Shown here: positions 48,705-59,872 of the stretch, piece by piece
How the letters are laid out: the number at the start of each line of letters is the position of its first letter
How positions within the stretch are numbered: position 1 is the stretch's first letter
Origin: Opitutales bacterium
GTDB taxonomy: Bacteria; Verrucomicrobiota; Verrucomicrobiia; Opitutales; PNEW01
Length of the DNA stretch: 64,000 nucleotides
Assembly (NCBI GenBank): GCA_965197745.1
Contig: CBDANS010000006.1
Span: 768,001-832,000 of the forward strand
Direction of reading: 5' to 3'
Program-made: the position numbers and the translations under genes
Notes under the pieces: model-generated
The model's database searches: none
Seen by the model: only the letters and a program-made list of their open reading frames with translations
Told to the model about the DNA's origin: nothing

Positions 48705-49774
48705 AATCAATACTTTCTCAACAAACCGTCAAAGATTTCCGGCGTGTCCTTTTATCCCGCCCAGACCGTATCGGCGACGTAGTCATTACGACATCATGTT
48801 TTAAGGCCATCCACGATGTCTACCCGCATCTGGAAATTTACTTTCTTGTCAAGGAAGCAAACGCGCCGCTCTTAAAAAATCATCCGTTACTTTCGGGACT
48901 CCTTACCGTCCCCAAAAATATACATTCTGTCGACGACACCGCATCGCATTTAAGTGAGGCAATGCGGAAATTACAACCTGACTGTATTGTCCACTTCCAC
49001 TATGATAATGCGGTTGCTGGAGCTGCGCTGGCTGTGGGCATTCCCTATATTCTGGGGCACAGCAAGAAAATTCAGAATCCGTGCCTGACGCACTCAGTCC
49101 TCGACCGTAAAAAAGAGGGCCTCAACCACGAAGCCAACTATAACTTTGAACTGCTCTCCCTCTTACAGATCACTCAACCTGACAACCTGGAGCCGTGGAT
49201 CACTCCTGAACCCGTAAGCGACGAACGCCTGCTTGAAATTCTTCCCTGGTGGACGCCCGAAACCCCATTTGTCGTGCTTCACATGAGCGCGCATGCCAGA
49301 AAAGCACGCATCCCCACAAAAATATTTGCTGAACTTTCTTCCTGGTTCATCAATGAATTAAATTTTCGGATCGTCCTCATTGGATCTGAAAGCAATGACC
49401 CGGCGATAGAAACGTATATAGGATCCATTGGTGACCATAAAAGAAAGGTCAGTAATTTAATCGGCGTCACTCATTTAGCAGAGACTGCCCGTGTATTAAG
49501 CGAAGCACGTATATTAATTTCTCGGGACAGCGGGCCTGCTCATATCGCCGCGGCATTGCAATGCCCCACCGTAACGATTGTAGGACCTTTAGGAAGACAC
49601 CTGGCTTCTACACGTTGGCGCCCGCTCGGTTCATCTGCATTGATACTGGAAAAACCTGTTCGCCCGCGATTTTTGGAAACTACACGGTCTTATCAAGAGC
49701 GTTATTTTAACGCTTTTACTGCGGAGGAAATTAAAAAAGGAATATGGGCGCGTTTAGAAGGGAGATCCGAATAG
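48701..49774 (+). CDS. Glycosyltransferase family 9
   Basis: RPDRIGDVV, DSGPAHIAAAL, RWRP. Confidence 0.9.
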   Translation: MKSILSQQTVKDFRRVLLSRPDRIGDVVITTSCFKAIHDVYPHLEIYFLVKEANAPLLKNHPLLSGLLTVPKNIHSVDDTASHLSEAMRKLQPDCIVHFHYDNAVAGAALAVGIPYILGHSKKIQNPCLTHSVLDRKKEGLNHEANYNFELLSLLQITQPDNLEPWITPEPVSDERLLEILPWWTPETPFVVLHMSAHARKARIPTKIFAELSSWFINELNFRIVLIGSESNDPAIETYIGSIGDHKRKVSNLIGVTHLAETARVLSEARILISRDSGPAHIAAALQCPTVTIVGPLGRHLASTRWRPLGSSALILEKPVRPRFLETTRSYQERYFNAFTAEEIKKGIWARLEGRSE

Positions 49775-49828
49775 AAGGGGTGAGTAGAAAATCCAGCATA
49801 CAAAAATAACGCCCGCGCGAAAAACCCT

Positions 49829-51037
49829 TTATAGGGTGACAGCATCTTGAAATCGCTGGTAGAGAGTAGCAGCATTTTTACGTGCATCGGTATTTTTCTT
49901 CACCCAACTTTGTCCACTAATTCGGATTTTTTCATATAAATCTCTATTTTCCATCAGATCTGTAATAACCTGTATCCAGGGTGCGTTCTCCGGTAGGTCG
50001 ATAATAAATCCATTTTCTCCCCCCGTTATTACTTCAGAAATTCCAGGATGGGTCGCGGCAATAACCGGCACCCCTGTCGCCATGGCTTCAAGGATAACAT
50101 TAGGGGTACCATCGCGATTACCATAGGAGTCGATCTTTGTCGTATATAGAAAAATATCCGCCCAGGAAAATTGCTCAAACACCGCTTCATTATCTAAAAA
50201 GCCCAAGAGTTTAACATGAGAGGTTAAATTCAGTTCCGCGATTTTCAATTGTATGGATTTTTCCATAGGACCCGCCCCTATGATCCTCGCTCTGAATGGA
50301 ATTCCTCTTCGCATCAACTCCGCATAGATAGCTAACTGTCGTAAATGATCTTTCTTTTCCACAAGCCTTCCCACATTCAGCAGCCGTAGCGGATGTCTGA
50401 GATTGTGCGGTGACTCAATTTTCGGATAAAAATTCAATCCGCGTCGGATTACAGCGACATTTTTTTCAAGAGCACCCATTTCGACCAGGTAACGAAATGC
50501 AGCATCAGTTGTGGTGTGGACAAATCGGGCTTCTTTAAGTTTTTCACGCAATAACCAGTCTCCACCATCTTTATAAATGTCAAAAGCGTGAGCACCCATA
50601 GAAAAAGGGATGTTTGTCAATTTGGATAAAAGCAGGGCAGCCGTAGCGGGCATCGTCGCCCAGGAAGCATGAAAGAGAGCAGGTGGATTCCGGGAAAACT
50701 TCCCGGCATAAACAATCCCGAAACTCAATCCGATAAACGTTTCACCGGCATTGCGAAGTGATGGTAACTTGCGCGTCCTTAAAGCGCGAAATATATCGCG
50801 AAAAGCTGTGGGATTTCGCCCGAGCCAATAAGGTAATAAAAATAACAAAAAGAGCAGCTTCCATTTGGCAAATCGAAGCACGGTAAAATTCTTAAATGCT
50901 TTCTTTCCACCCCATAATGAATAAAACTCAAGTTTTAGGGGAAGCTCTGCCATCGCTTGAATTTCCCTCTGCAGAAAAGTCTCCGTAGCCACCGGAAAAG
51001 TGGTAAATAAATAGAATATTTTAAGGGGCTTTCCCAT
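49829..51037 (-). CDS. Glycosyltransferase family 4 (WcaL-like)
   Basis: FPVATETF, VGRLVEKK, DGTPNVILEAMATG. Confidence 0.9.
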   Translation of the reverse strand: MGKPLKIFYLFTTFPVATETFLQREIQAMAELPLKLEFYSLWGGKKAFKNFTVLRFAKWKLLFLLFLLPYWLGRNPTAFRDIFRALRTRKLPSLRNAGETFIGLSFGIVYAGKFSRNPPALFHASWATMPATAALLLSKLTNIPFSMGAHAFDIYKDGGDWLLREKLKEARFVHTTTDAAFRYLVEMGALEKNVAVIRRGLNFYPKIESPHNLRHPLRLLNVGRLVEKKDHLRQLAIYAELMRRGIPFRARIIGAGPMEKSIQLKIAELNLTSHVKLLGFLDNEAVFEQFSWADIFLYTTKIDSYGNRDGTPNVILEAMATGVPVIAATHPGISEVITGGENGFIIDLPENAPWIQVITDLMENRDLYEKIRISGQSWVKKNTDARKNAATLYQRFQDAVTL

Positions 51038-51089
51038 AAGCCTGTATCACGAAAGATGATCGGGGCAGGTCCATACCCCCGCCTTGTTT

Positions 51090-52349
51090 TCAAAGGTCGG
51101 GATTACTGAATATTAATGAGACATTGGCACCACCAAATCCACTGCTGTTACTCATGACTCGCTTTATTGATTCCTCTCTCGTTTCACGAATAATATTTAA
51201 TCCTTTAGCCTCTGGGTCGAGCGTCTCAATATGGGCTGAACCAGGGATAAAGCCCTCTTTCAGCGCGAGGACGGAAAATGAAGCCTCCATAACACTTGCC
51301 AACGATAAGGCATGTCCCGTGAGCGCCTTAGTGCTGCTTATGGCCGGCTTATTAGGGCTGAAAACTTTTTTCAATGCTCTTATTTCCGACAGATCACCGG
51401 CAAGGGTGGAAGGAGCGTGAGCATTGATATAATTGATATCCCTTGGACTTAACTTTACCGAATCAAGGGCGCGCTGCATAGATTGTGTCAGTCCGTTTCC
51501 CTGGGGATGCGATAGAGCTACATGGTAGCCATCGGAAGCCTGTCCCCATCCGGTAAACTCCGCATAAATATCTGCGCCGCGGTCCCGTGCAGTCTTTTCC
51601 TCTTCCAAAACCATAACGACTGCACCTCCAGTCCCGACAAAGCCATCCCTATTTTTATCAAAGGGTCGTGAAGCACGGTCAGGGTCAAGAGATAAAGTCA
51701 AGACACGCATTCCGGCAAAAGGCATAATACTGAGAAAATTACCATCCTCACCCCCAACGACAAACATGCGGTCCTGTCGACCGAGTGCAATTTCGTCGTA
51801 TGCATACCCAAGAGCATGACCGGACGAAGAGCAAGCGGAAGCAAAACCACTGGACGCCCCCTTTATTTTAAAAGCCGCCACGAGGTTAAAATTCAGCGTT
51901 CCCACAATAGAAGAAATGATCCCCTGAGGAGAGGTTCGCAACACCCCAACCTTGAACATGCGGTTGAGATGATTATAAGTCATAAAAACGGACCCGGATG
52001 AAGCGGTAAAAAGACCGGTTTTAGAATTTGAAATTTCGTTTACTGACAAGCCCGCATCCTCGATAGCCTGAACCATGGCACAATAGGCATACAATCCGTG
52101 GGGAGAGAGACCACGTAGGGTGTCCAGTCGCAATTTATACTGGCCGGGGTAACCCCAATCTTCCGAATCCATGGATTCGGTAACAAATTCCTTGATAGGG
52201 GCCGCCACTTTAACCGGAACCTCATCCTTTTGAAAAGGTGGGAATAGTTCAATACCGTGATTTAACTCACAAAGATTTTCAATGACGGTGGCTTTGTCAT
52301 TTCCAATACTGGTAATAAAGCCCAAACCTGTAACAACTACCTTACGCAT
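51090..52349 (-). CDS. Beta-ketoacyl-ACP synthase (FabB/FabF family)
   Basis: SACSSSG catalytic Cys, NAHA, TKALTGH, SSGFGG. Confidence 0.92.
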   Translation of the reverse strand: MRKVVVTGLGFITSIGNDKATVIENLCELNHGIELFPPFQKDEVPVKVAAPIKEFVTESMDSEDWGYPGQYKLRLDTLRGLSPHGLYAYCAMVQAIEDAGLSVNEISNSKTGLFTASSGSVFMTYNHLNRMFKVGVLRTSPQGIISSIVGTLNFNLVAAFKIKGASSGFASACSSSGHALGYAYDEIALGRQDRMFVVGGEDGNFLSIMPFAGMRVLTLSLDPDRASRPFDKNRDGFVGTGGAVVMVLEEEKTARDRGADIYAEFTGWGQASDGYHVALSHPQGNGLTQSMQRALDSVKLSPRDINYINAHAPSTLAGDLSEIRALKKVFSPNKPAISSTKALTGHALSLASVMEASFSVLALKEGFIPGSAHIETLDPEAKGLNIIRETREESIKRVMSNSSGFGGANVSLIFSNPDL

Positions 52350-52424
52350 CTTTCCTGGATCAAGAGGGATAGTCTCTTAGAGGACTTCCCGATTAAAAGC
52401 GAATGAATTTATAAGGCGATCTCC

Positions 52425-53264
52425 TTAACTTTCATAATCAAAAGTCAAAGTAATGTCTTCTGCGAACACGGCTTTTTCATCACCCACAGTAATAGTTCCT
52501 TCAAAAGTCACTAAGGGGTAGCGAATTCTTTTTAACTTAACTTTAAGGTTAAGGATGTCTCCAGGGCGGCAGATCCGATGACAGCGCACGCCGTCACTGG
52601 AATAAAACATTATGGTTTTAGGATTAACCGGTTGTTCAAATTCCGGTTTTTCGTTTTTGATGAGATAGAGGACGGCCAACTGTCCTAATGCCTCAATGAG
52701 AATGGATGCGGGGAAAACGGGATTGTTTTTAAAATGTCCATCAAGAAAAGCTTCCTCGCCACTGATAGGGTATTTGGACTCGGCCTCATTAAGGCTGATT
52801 ATTGACTCTCTGATAAAGAGGAAAGGATCCTGATGTGGCATAACCGAAGCGATATCTTCAATCGATAAGCGTTTGTTTCGCTGAGGAATGGGTATGCCTT
52901 TTACTTTATAATCAAGGTAAGTTTTAATATCTCCTACGGTCCTGATTTCTCTCAATTCATCATTTGCGATGGAGATATCGAGCGTTTCTTCAACGAGGAT
53001 AATAATCTCGACCATAAGCAGTGAGTCTACCCCCAGGTCTTCGAAAAGGTTGGTGTTATCGTCCCCCTCTCTGAGGCAATGACGCACATCCGGCTCAAGG
53101 AATCTCTCGATGATTCCCATGACAATTACCGGCAATTGATCAAGATTTGCGTTATGCCGGAAATCGATAGCGGCTTCTACGGTTTCCGGTGAACAACGCT
53201 TTAAGGATTCCCTTAACTCCTCTTCATTCTGTAGAGTAAAGGCAGGACTCTTCTTAAGCTCCAT
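52425..53264 (-). CDS. Acyl carrier protein fused to FabZ/FabA-like dehydratase
   Basis: DLGVDSL phosphopantetheine motif; PHQDPFLF, GHFKNNPVFPASILIEALGQ hot-dog motif. Confidence 0.87.
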   Translation of the reverse strand: MELKKSPAFTLQNEEELRESLKRCSPETVEAAIDFRHNANLDQLPVIVMGIIERFLEPDVRHCLREGDDNTNLFEDLGVDSLLMVEIIILVEETLDISIANDELREIRTVGDIKTYLDYKVKGIPIPQRNKRLSIEDIASVMPHQDPFLFIRESIISLNEAESKYPISGEEAFLDGHFKNNPVFPASILIEALGQLAVLYLIKNEKPEFEQPVNPKTIMFYSSDGVRCHRICRPGDILNLKVKLKRIRYPLVTFEGTITVGDEKAVFAEDITLTFDYES

Positions 53265-53801
53265 ATTTTCAGGTATTCTTAAAAGATGCTTTTACAATAG
53301 CAATTTTAAAGTGCAAGCCTTTTCCTAAGATTTTATATGTAAAACATTTACCAATATTTAGGTCTCGATAATCAATTGTCTGATACCAATCCTAATTAAT
53401 CACTCATTTCATTGCATATACGCCAAACCCTGCTTGGCAAGGAGATATTTTGCGATAAAACGCGCCTGAATGGGAAATAACATACAGTATCATATCAGGT
53501 ATGCTGTTATATCCGATAATTAAGATTTAATATATGATTATTTTCACTTATACGATGATTGTTAATTGTCCTGAAATATCGTCAGTAAATCAGACTCTGA
53601 AGAATACCCATTGTTGCAATTGTATCCCAGGTGGAGATATTATTAAAAGTAAACGAGTTAACTGATATATTTTCTATATTCAAAAGCAGATATATAGGAT
53701 CGGGAAATGCAGTAACGGATAGTCAAATTGAATTCTCGCCCCCTCAATCCATCTATTCTAATCCTCAAAAGTGGTGACCCGCACGCGATAAATTACCAGC
53801 C

Positions 53802-55313
53802 ATGCTAAGAATCGGTAATTATTTACTTCTCGGTCTTATATGGGGTGACCTGTTTTTAACCTTAAGCCTCGAATGGTCATTAAATGAACAGTACCAATAT
53901 GGATATCTTGTTCCCCTGATCGGCGCCTATCTGATTTACCTGCGATGGCAGGATAAGCCGACAACAGAGTTTGCGCGGTTTAAAAACCTGACCACGTGTT
54001 TGCTTTTCATTGCAATAGCCTGTCTTTATCCGACGAAAGTCATTCTCGAATCGAATCCTGACTGGCGGCTAATGCATTGGACGCAATCGTTGATCGTCTA
54101 CACGACAACACTGGTTATCCTATATCATTGGGGCGGCCTACCGTGGTTAAAACATTTTTCATTACCGTTTGCTATTCTCCTGTTTTCCGTTCCCTGGCCG
54201 ACACAGTTTGAACAGCCGATAATTCAAGGGTTGATGAGCATGGTTGCGATAATAACCGTAGATACTTTTAACCTCGTCGGTATTCACGCCCTACAAAAAG
54301 GGAATATCATTATGCTGAGTAATGGCTTAGTCGGAGTTGAAGAAGCCTGTAGTGGTGTGCGTTCATTTCAATCTACGCTAATGCTTGGATACTTTCTCGG
54401 TGAATTGTTTCGTTTTAAAACCAACTGGCGCCTCTCCCTCCTGGGCATTGGCGCCGCCACTTCAGTATTGCTGAATATTGTTCGCACCCTGGCACTTACC
54501 TATGCCACTCACATTATCGGTCCACGATTCATGGAACATTGGCATGACCCGGTAGGTTACTTAGTTTCGCTCGCTGCATTCGGCATTCTCTTAGTTTTAG
54601 CTTATTTTGTTAATAATAGGAATAGACACGAAAAGAGATTGAAAAAGGACAAATACAACTATCCCTATATTAACTGGTGGGAAGGGAAATATATTGGAGC
54701 TGCGCTAACCCTTATTATCGGGAGTTTCGTCTTTGTCGAAGCCTGGTACCGTTTGCGGGAAGCAGAAAAACCAAGCCGAGTCATTGCGACTATCGATTGG
54801 AAACAGGCCGCACCGGATGTAAAATATGACAATATTCCCGGGAGAATACGTTCCATTTTGCGGTTTACAGAAGGGGGGAAAGCCCATTGGACGATCGGTC
54901 AAAGAGAAAATTGGATAACCTATTATTTCAGTTGGGATGAAGGGAGTATCTCCTCATTTTCGGACGTGCACCGCCCTGAAGTGTGTCTGCCGGCTGCGGG
55001 CTATACCGGTATAACCCGAACTGACGATTTCAAGTGGTCAAAGGAGGGATTAGAGTTAATTTTAAATACCTACATCTTACAGGATAACGGATTTCCGGTG
55101 TATGTTTTTTTCTCGGTATGGAATGATTATCCCGGTGAAACTATTCCCACCGCCCGCAGCAAGTGGGAACGAATCCAAAACGCCTTAAACGCAAAACGAA
55201 TCAGCGGGAGAAGGTCGCTGGAAATTATTATTACGGGGTTGGACTATGAGGAGGAAGCGCGGAGACGGGTTCTCGCTTATCTCGATAGAGCTGTCAGTGT
55301 AGTAGACCAATGA
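53802..55313 (+). CDS. Exosortase with C-terminal EpsI-like periplasmic domain
   Basis: VEEACSGVRS (Cys), NIVR (Arg), WHD (His); HRPEVCLPAAG. Confidence 0.9.
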   Translation: MLRIGNYLLLGLIWGDLFLTLSLEWSLNEQYQYGYLVPLIGAYLIYLRWQDKPTTEFARFKNLTTCLLFIAIACLYPTKVILESNPDWRLMHWTQSLIVYTTTLVILYHWGGLPWLKHFSLPFAILLFSVPWPTQFEQPIIQGLMSMVAIITVDTFNLVGIHALQKGNIIMLSNGLVGVEEACSGVRSFQSTLMLGYFLGELFRFKTNWRLSLLGIGAATSVLLNIVRTLALTYATHIIGPRFMEHWHDPVGYLVSLAAFGILLVLAYFVNNRNRHEKRLKKDKYNYPYINWWEGKYIGAALTLIIGSFVFVEAWYRLREAEKPSRVIATIDWKQAAPDVKYDNIPGRIRSILRFTEGGKAHWTIGQRENWITYYFSWDEGSISSFSDVHRPEVCLPAAGYTGITRTDDFKWSKEGLELILNTYILQDNGFPVYVFFSVWNDYPGETIPTARSKWERIQNALNAKRISGRRSLEIIITGLDYEEEARRRVLAYLDRAVSVVDQ

Positions 55314-55343
55314 TACAAATGAAAATTTCGACAATGCTTTACC

Positions 55344-57680
55344 CTATTCCTTGCTAAGGTCGTAGTTGTTAAGGTAGACATCCATAGCATTCCAACTGTC
55401 AGCAAATAACTGTTGATCATAGTATATCTTAGCCTGCCAATAATAAACATACCCCGGAACAAATGATAATTGCTTGAGCTTATCGATTGTCCGAAGCGTT
55501 CGGTCCCAACTTTGTTGCGATATTTGCCGCTCTAATAAAGCGGCCCCCAAGACCAGATCATGTTGATTAGCGGTAAACTGCCGTTCTAATTGAACTATGG
55601 TGAGGTGTTCCCACAATTGTGGGATCTGAGGGATGGGCAAGTTATTTAAAACGATTTTACAGGCAGGTACATAATCACCCCTTGCCGCGTCAGTTTGAGC
55701 TTTTATCAACCATAATTCACGACCTAGCTCTGGATATTTCTCAAGGTGATCACTTACCATGTCCAATTCTTTTGTCGCTACCCACTTTTCAAACAAGGCC
55801 TGCTTTTGCTCTTTGGAATAGCGACTCAAATGAGGATAGGCATCCAGTTCCCGTCGAAATGTTTCAACATAATCGTCACCCCTTAATGAAATAAGCATAG
55901 TGTAGCGATATGCGGGGTCGATGGAAGATAATGTTCTAACTTTGGAATGCAATTGAGTAAATGGTTTGGAATAACGCAACATCAAGCGGTAAAGCAGCAT
56001 GGGGTATTCAGTCTTGCGGGCGAGTGCTTCGCGCCAGGCTGAGAGCGTATAACTTGAATTGAAAGGCATCCATGCCAGTCCTTCATAAAATGCTACATCG
56101 GCGGTAATCGGCTCCAAAAAACGCGCGCGTCGGAAATCCGACCTCGCCGCCTGGGCTTTTACACGAAAGTGGACATAGCCGCGAGCGCGGTTAAAATAGG
56201 TTCTCATATTCATTGGTGACCAGAACAGGGAATTGTTAACCGCTTCTTCAAACAAAGCATTGTCGCGCTGCGTCAATGCCCGTTCGATTTTTTCCTCATT
56301 GATTTTAATGGCAATTGAGGAGTGCCATGCCCGAGGAAGCAACCAGGCCATCCCCCATATGAGGCCTGTAATTAAAAAGAGGATCCCAATCAAACGCCAG
56401 ATATACAAGGGGATGAAGGGAGTGGTGAAACTTGAAGAGGGACGTCGCGCCAACGCATATAAAAATGACGCTGCATAAAAAGTTCCCATTCGATGCCCCG
56501 ACACATCAATAAAGGTATGTCCCAAAAAAATAAAAACAGCGGTAGCAGCTATCATTCGATAGCGTGCCTGCTTTATATCGTTGGCGGGAAGAACGTCGGC
56601 AATTAAAGCTCCGCACGCAAAGAGGATAAATACCACTCCTAATAAACCTAACTCAGCCCATACCCAGAACCAGTCGCTTTCAGGATGAAGAATCGCTTGA
56701 AATGTGGCTGATATTTCCCGGTACTGAGGAAATACCACTTTAAAGTTGGTGAGACCAACGCCCAGCAGTGATTGGTCACTGATCATACGAAAAGTATCCT
56801 GGTATATTAACCAGCGGTATCCTTTTTCATGGAACATGCCTTGATCAAATAAAAGAATGACACGTTCCAGAGTCCAACCCCCGTAAAACACAAAAAAACT
56901 ACCAAGGATGATGATTAAGGGTACGGCGAGACGGGCATAATGCATAATAGACCGCGTTTTTTGAGTGCTGAACAGCCAAAAAATGCAGCCGATGAAAAAC
57001 AAAAGAATTCCCGCTTTTGAATGACTATAGATGAACGCGAAAAGAGTAACGAAAGTAATAAATATTCCAAAGAGAATCTGGTAATAGCGGCGCGCTCTCA
57101 TTGCCGCCATCGACAATGAAAAGGATATTACACCTCCCATCGCGAGCAGAATGCTTGTCTGATTACGATTATTAAAGTAACTGAAATTGTGTGCTTCCCT
57201 ACCAAAAGGATAGTTCCAGGCCTTATGGGTTCCGATGATAATTCCAAGGGAGAGAAGGAATATACCTATAGCAAATCCCCAGAGGAGCGTCTTGCGTTGT
57301 GCATGGCCGAGTTCCATGCTGCTGAGAACATAAAGCCATGCCAGGGCGGATAACATTAGGATCAAAGCTTCTAATGAGTGTAACGGCTGTGAGGATAATG
57401 TTATCGGTAAGCTTAATTCGAAATTATACTTTGCTTCAATCCACCAGGTTGGACGTAAAAATTCAGGGATGGGAAGGAAACTTAAGAGTGCGGTAACAAT
57501 CAGACCTAAAACCGCAAAGTTTAAATATTTGCTCAGTCTGTGCTGTGGCGGAAAAAAAATAACGAGCAATCCCGTAACCCCTAAACCAAGGGCTTGTGAC
57601 CAAAGAGTAGTGCCTCCTCCCAGAAGGATAAAAATAAAAATAAAACAAAGACTTAAATAGAGGCCGAGAGATGATGCCAT
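55344..57680 (-). CDS. O-antigen ligase/Wzy_C family protein with C-terminal TPR-like region
   Basis: NRNQT, SKAG, GVGLTNF..FPQYR, HPESDW..AELG. Confidence 0.85.
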   Translation of the reverse strand: MASSLGLYLSLCFIFIFILLGGGTTLWSQALGLGVTGLLVIFFPPQHRLSKYLNFAVLGLIVTALLSFLPIPEFLRPTWWIEAKYNFELSLPITLSSQPLHSLEALILMLSALAWLYVLSSMELGHAQRKTLLWGFAIGIFLLSLGIIIGTHKAWNYPFGREAHNFSYFNNRNQTSILLAMGGVISFSLSMAAMRARRYYQILFGIFITFVTLFAFIYSHSKAGILLFFIGCIFWLFSTQKTRSIMHYARLAVPLIIILGSFFVFYGGWTLERVILLFDQGMFHEKGYRWLIYQDTFRMISDQSLLGVGLTNFKVVFPQYREISATFQAILHPESDWFWVWAELGLLGVVFILFACGALIADVLPANDIKQARYRMIAATAVFIFLGHTFIDVSGHRMGTFYAASFLYALARRPSSSFTTPFIPLYIWRLIGILFLITGLIWGMAWLLPRAWHSSIAIKINEEKIERALTQRDNALFEEAVNNSLFWSPMNMRTYFNRARGYVHFRVKAQAARSDFRRARFLEPITADVAFYEGLAWMPFNSSYTLSAWREALARKTEYPMLLYRLMLRYSKPFTQLHSKVRTLSSIDPAYRYTMLISLRGDDYVETFRRELDAYPHLSRYSKEQKQALFEKWVATKELDMVSDHLEKYPELGRELWLIKAQTDAARGDYVPACKIVLNNLPIPQIPQLWEHLTIVQLERQFTANQHDLVLGAALLERQISQQSWDRTLRTIDKLKQLSFVPGYVYYWQAKIYYDQQLFADSWNAMDVYLNNYDLSKE

Positions 57681-57780
57681 GCTATCTTCTTAAACTCTGT
57701 TCCTGGAGAATCTAATCCTGTCTCACAAGACTTGCTTGTGACCATTCCCCCATCTAAAGAAAGCGGTGTAAGAGGAGGTG

Positions 57781-59872
57781 TTAATTTTTTGTAGGCTCAG
57801 AAGAATAATAATAGGAATACTTTTTATAGTAATAGTAGTCCGGGTTTTGGGTATCGACGAAATTCAATATAAATCCCAAAATTTTACCGCCCCTTATCTG
57901 AAGACGTTCTAAGGATGTTTTTACCTGTCGAACCTGGGTTTTAGTTGAACGCACCGCAAATATCACGCCGTCTACTTTTGCCGCGAAGCTTGAAGTGTCA
58001 TCAGTGGCGAGGATCGGCGCTGTATCAAAAATAACATAATCATACCGCTTTTTAAGCTGCGCAAGAATCTTATCCATACGACTGCTCAAAAGCAGTTCTC
58101 CAGGACGATCCGGGTATTCACCACAAGGCATGAAATCGAGATTTTCGATATCCGTTTTTTGTATCACCTCATCTATTTTTAAACCAGTGTTCACCAATTC
58201 AGCCGGACCCTTAGTATTGCCATTGCTGAACTCTTTATATAACTGTCCACGTCTTAAATCGAGATCGACAAGAATGGTCCGGGAAGAAGCCAGCGCTAAA
58301 GTAATAGCCAGATTGCTCGATAACATCGATTTGCCCTCTGAAGGAACCGAACTGGTGAGGACAATACTTTGCGGTTTTGATCCCTGATCTTCCATAAACA
58401 GAAGCGAGGAACGCAAGGCGCGACAGGCCTCAGCAAAGAGGTGACGATCATCTTTTGGTTTAAGGTGAGACAATCGTTCATCTCCCGTTACTTTTTCGAA
58501 GGGAATTATACCCAGGATAGGAGGTTCGAAGCGTTGGCTTATATCTTCTGCCGAGACGAGACGATTGTCGATGACCCCGATGAGAAAGATCAGGCCAGCG
58601 CCAATCATAAGCCCGGCAAGCCCACCCTGGGCTACTTTTTTAGTCATAGAGCCCCTGACAAAGCGGGCAGCTGTTGCATTTTCCAGAATAGCAAGGGTTT
58701 CCTGATCGACACTAAGGTTGAGGTCGATGGATTGAATCGAGCCAAGCAATCTCTGGTAAAGCGTCTTGGAACGCTCCAGTCGCGAATTCAGGCGCTGGAA
58801 TTCCGCCATTCTGCGGCTATTGTCGAGAGCGGTATGTTCCCACTCTTCAATGACTTTTTCCAGGTTTTCAATTTTAGTGCGTAAAATATTCTTTTGCTCT
58901 TCGATTTTTTCAATCCCCTGTCGGCGATATATTTTCAACAGATTTTCGGTGCGCTCAATTTCCTGATTCAATCCAATGATTTTTGGATGGCGGGTTTTCA
59001 TATAAATTGAATATTCATCTCTCTCCGCTTTGAGTTGTTCCACTTGATTCTTTACCTGAACGTAGTTTCGACTCATATCAAGCGCACTCAGTCTAATTAA
59101 TTCATCGGTCTCTTCACCCTTGGCACTCTCCAGTAAGTGTTGCTCCAGACTCAAAGATTCTAAAAGCCGGGATTGAGTTTTTAAGTCTGCCATCTGGTTC
59201 TTAAGTTTGGCCAGGTATGAGCCCGCGGTTGATACCTGTTCCTGTGTGAAAACAATATTGTTATCCTTCTGAAAATCCACGATAGCGTTTTCACCCTGCT
59301 CAATTTCTTCTTCCAAGCGCAGGAGCTCCTCCGTAATTGCCAATAGGGTGCTTTCAGATGTTTGGGAACGCATTTCTTTTCGGAAATTAATGTACTCCTG
59401 CAGGCAGGCATCAAGAAATGTCTGAGTATACTCTGGTTCTCCCCCCTCAGCGCTTAACATAAAGATCGCCGTCTCAGGTATTCGTGTGGGGTGAAGAGAA
59501 ACCGCTACGGGTCTTAATTGAGGCTTCAAAGCTTTGATGCGATCCCGCTGCCCGCTGCTGCACCTGTGGGCTTTGCATAAGCTGGATCTGAGTACCGAAA
59601 AAATGGCTTAATTCTTCACTGTAAACACCGCCATCAGGCAGTGCTATGCGCCCACTGACGATTAACCTGGCGTAAGAGATATAGCGCGGCTCCCGTTTTA
59701 ATTCATTAAACGCCTGATAGCCGATACCGACGCTGACTGTCAGTATAAGAATCCACCAGTATTTCTTAAAAAGAAATCTGCCTCGAAAAACCTAGGCGTA
59801 AATTGTTTCCGCCCACTCTAACTGTTTTGGGGATTCGTCCCCAAGGGAGTCTTGTTTTAAAAAAGGATCCAT
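57781..59872 (-). pseudogene. wzc: Wzc-type polysaccharide co-polymerase/tyrosine autokinase, disrupted
   Basis: Walker A SSVPSEGKS, DLDLRRG, DTAP, C-terminal Tyr cluster; own translation from ATG 59872 hits TAG at codon 27 (59792-94) and a 1-nt frameshift near 59548. Confidence 0.85.

Noticed and set aside
53265..53801. ncRNA or riboswitch in the long AT-rich intergenic region
   Set aside because: No recognisable conserved motif or strong structure; consistent with divergent promoters
59792..59794. Programmed TAG readthrough or recoding in wzc
   Set aside because: A frameshift also follows, and TAG acts as a normal stop in several genes here (fhs, rpiR, folA)
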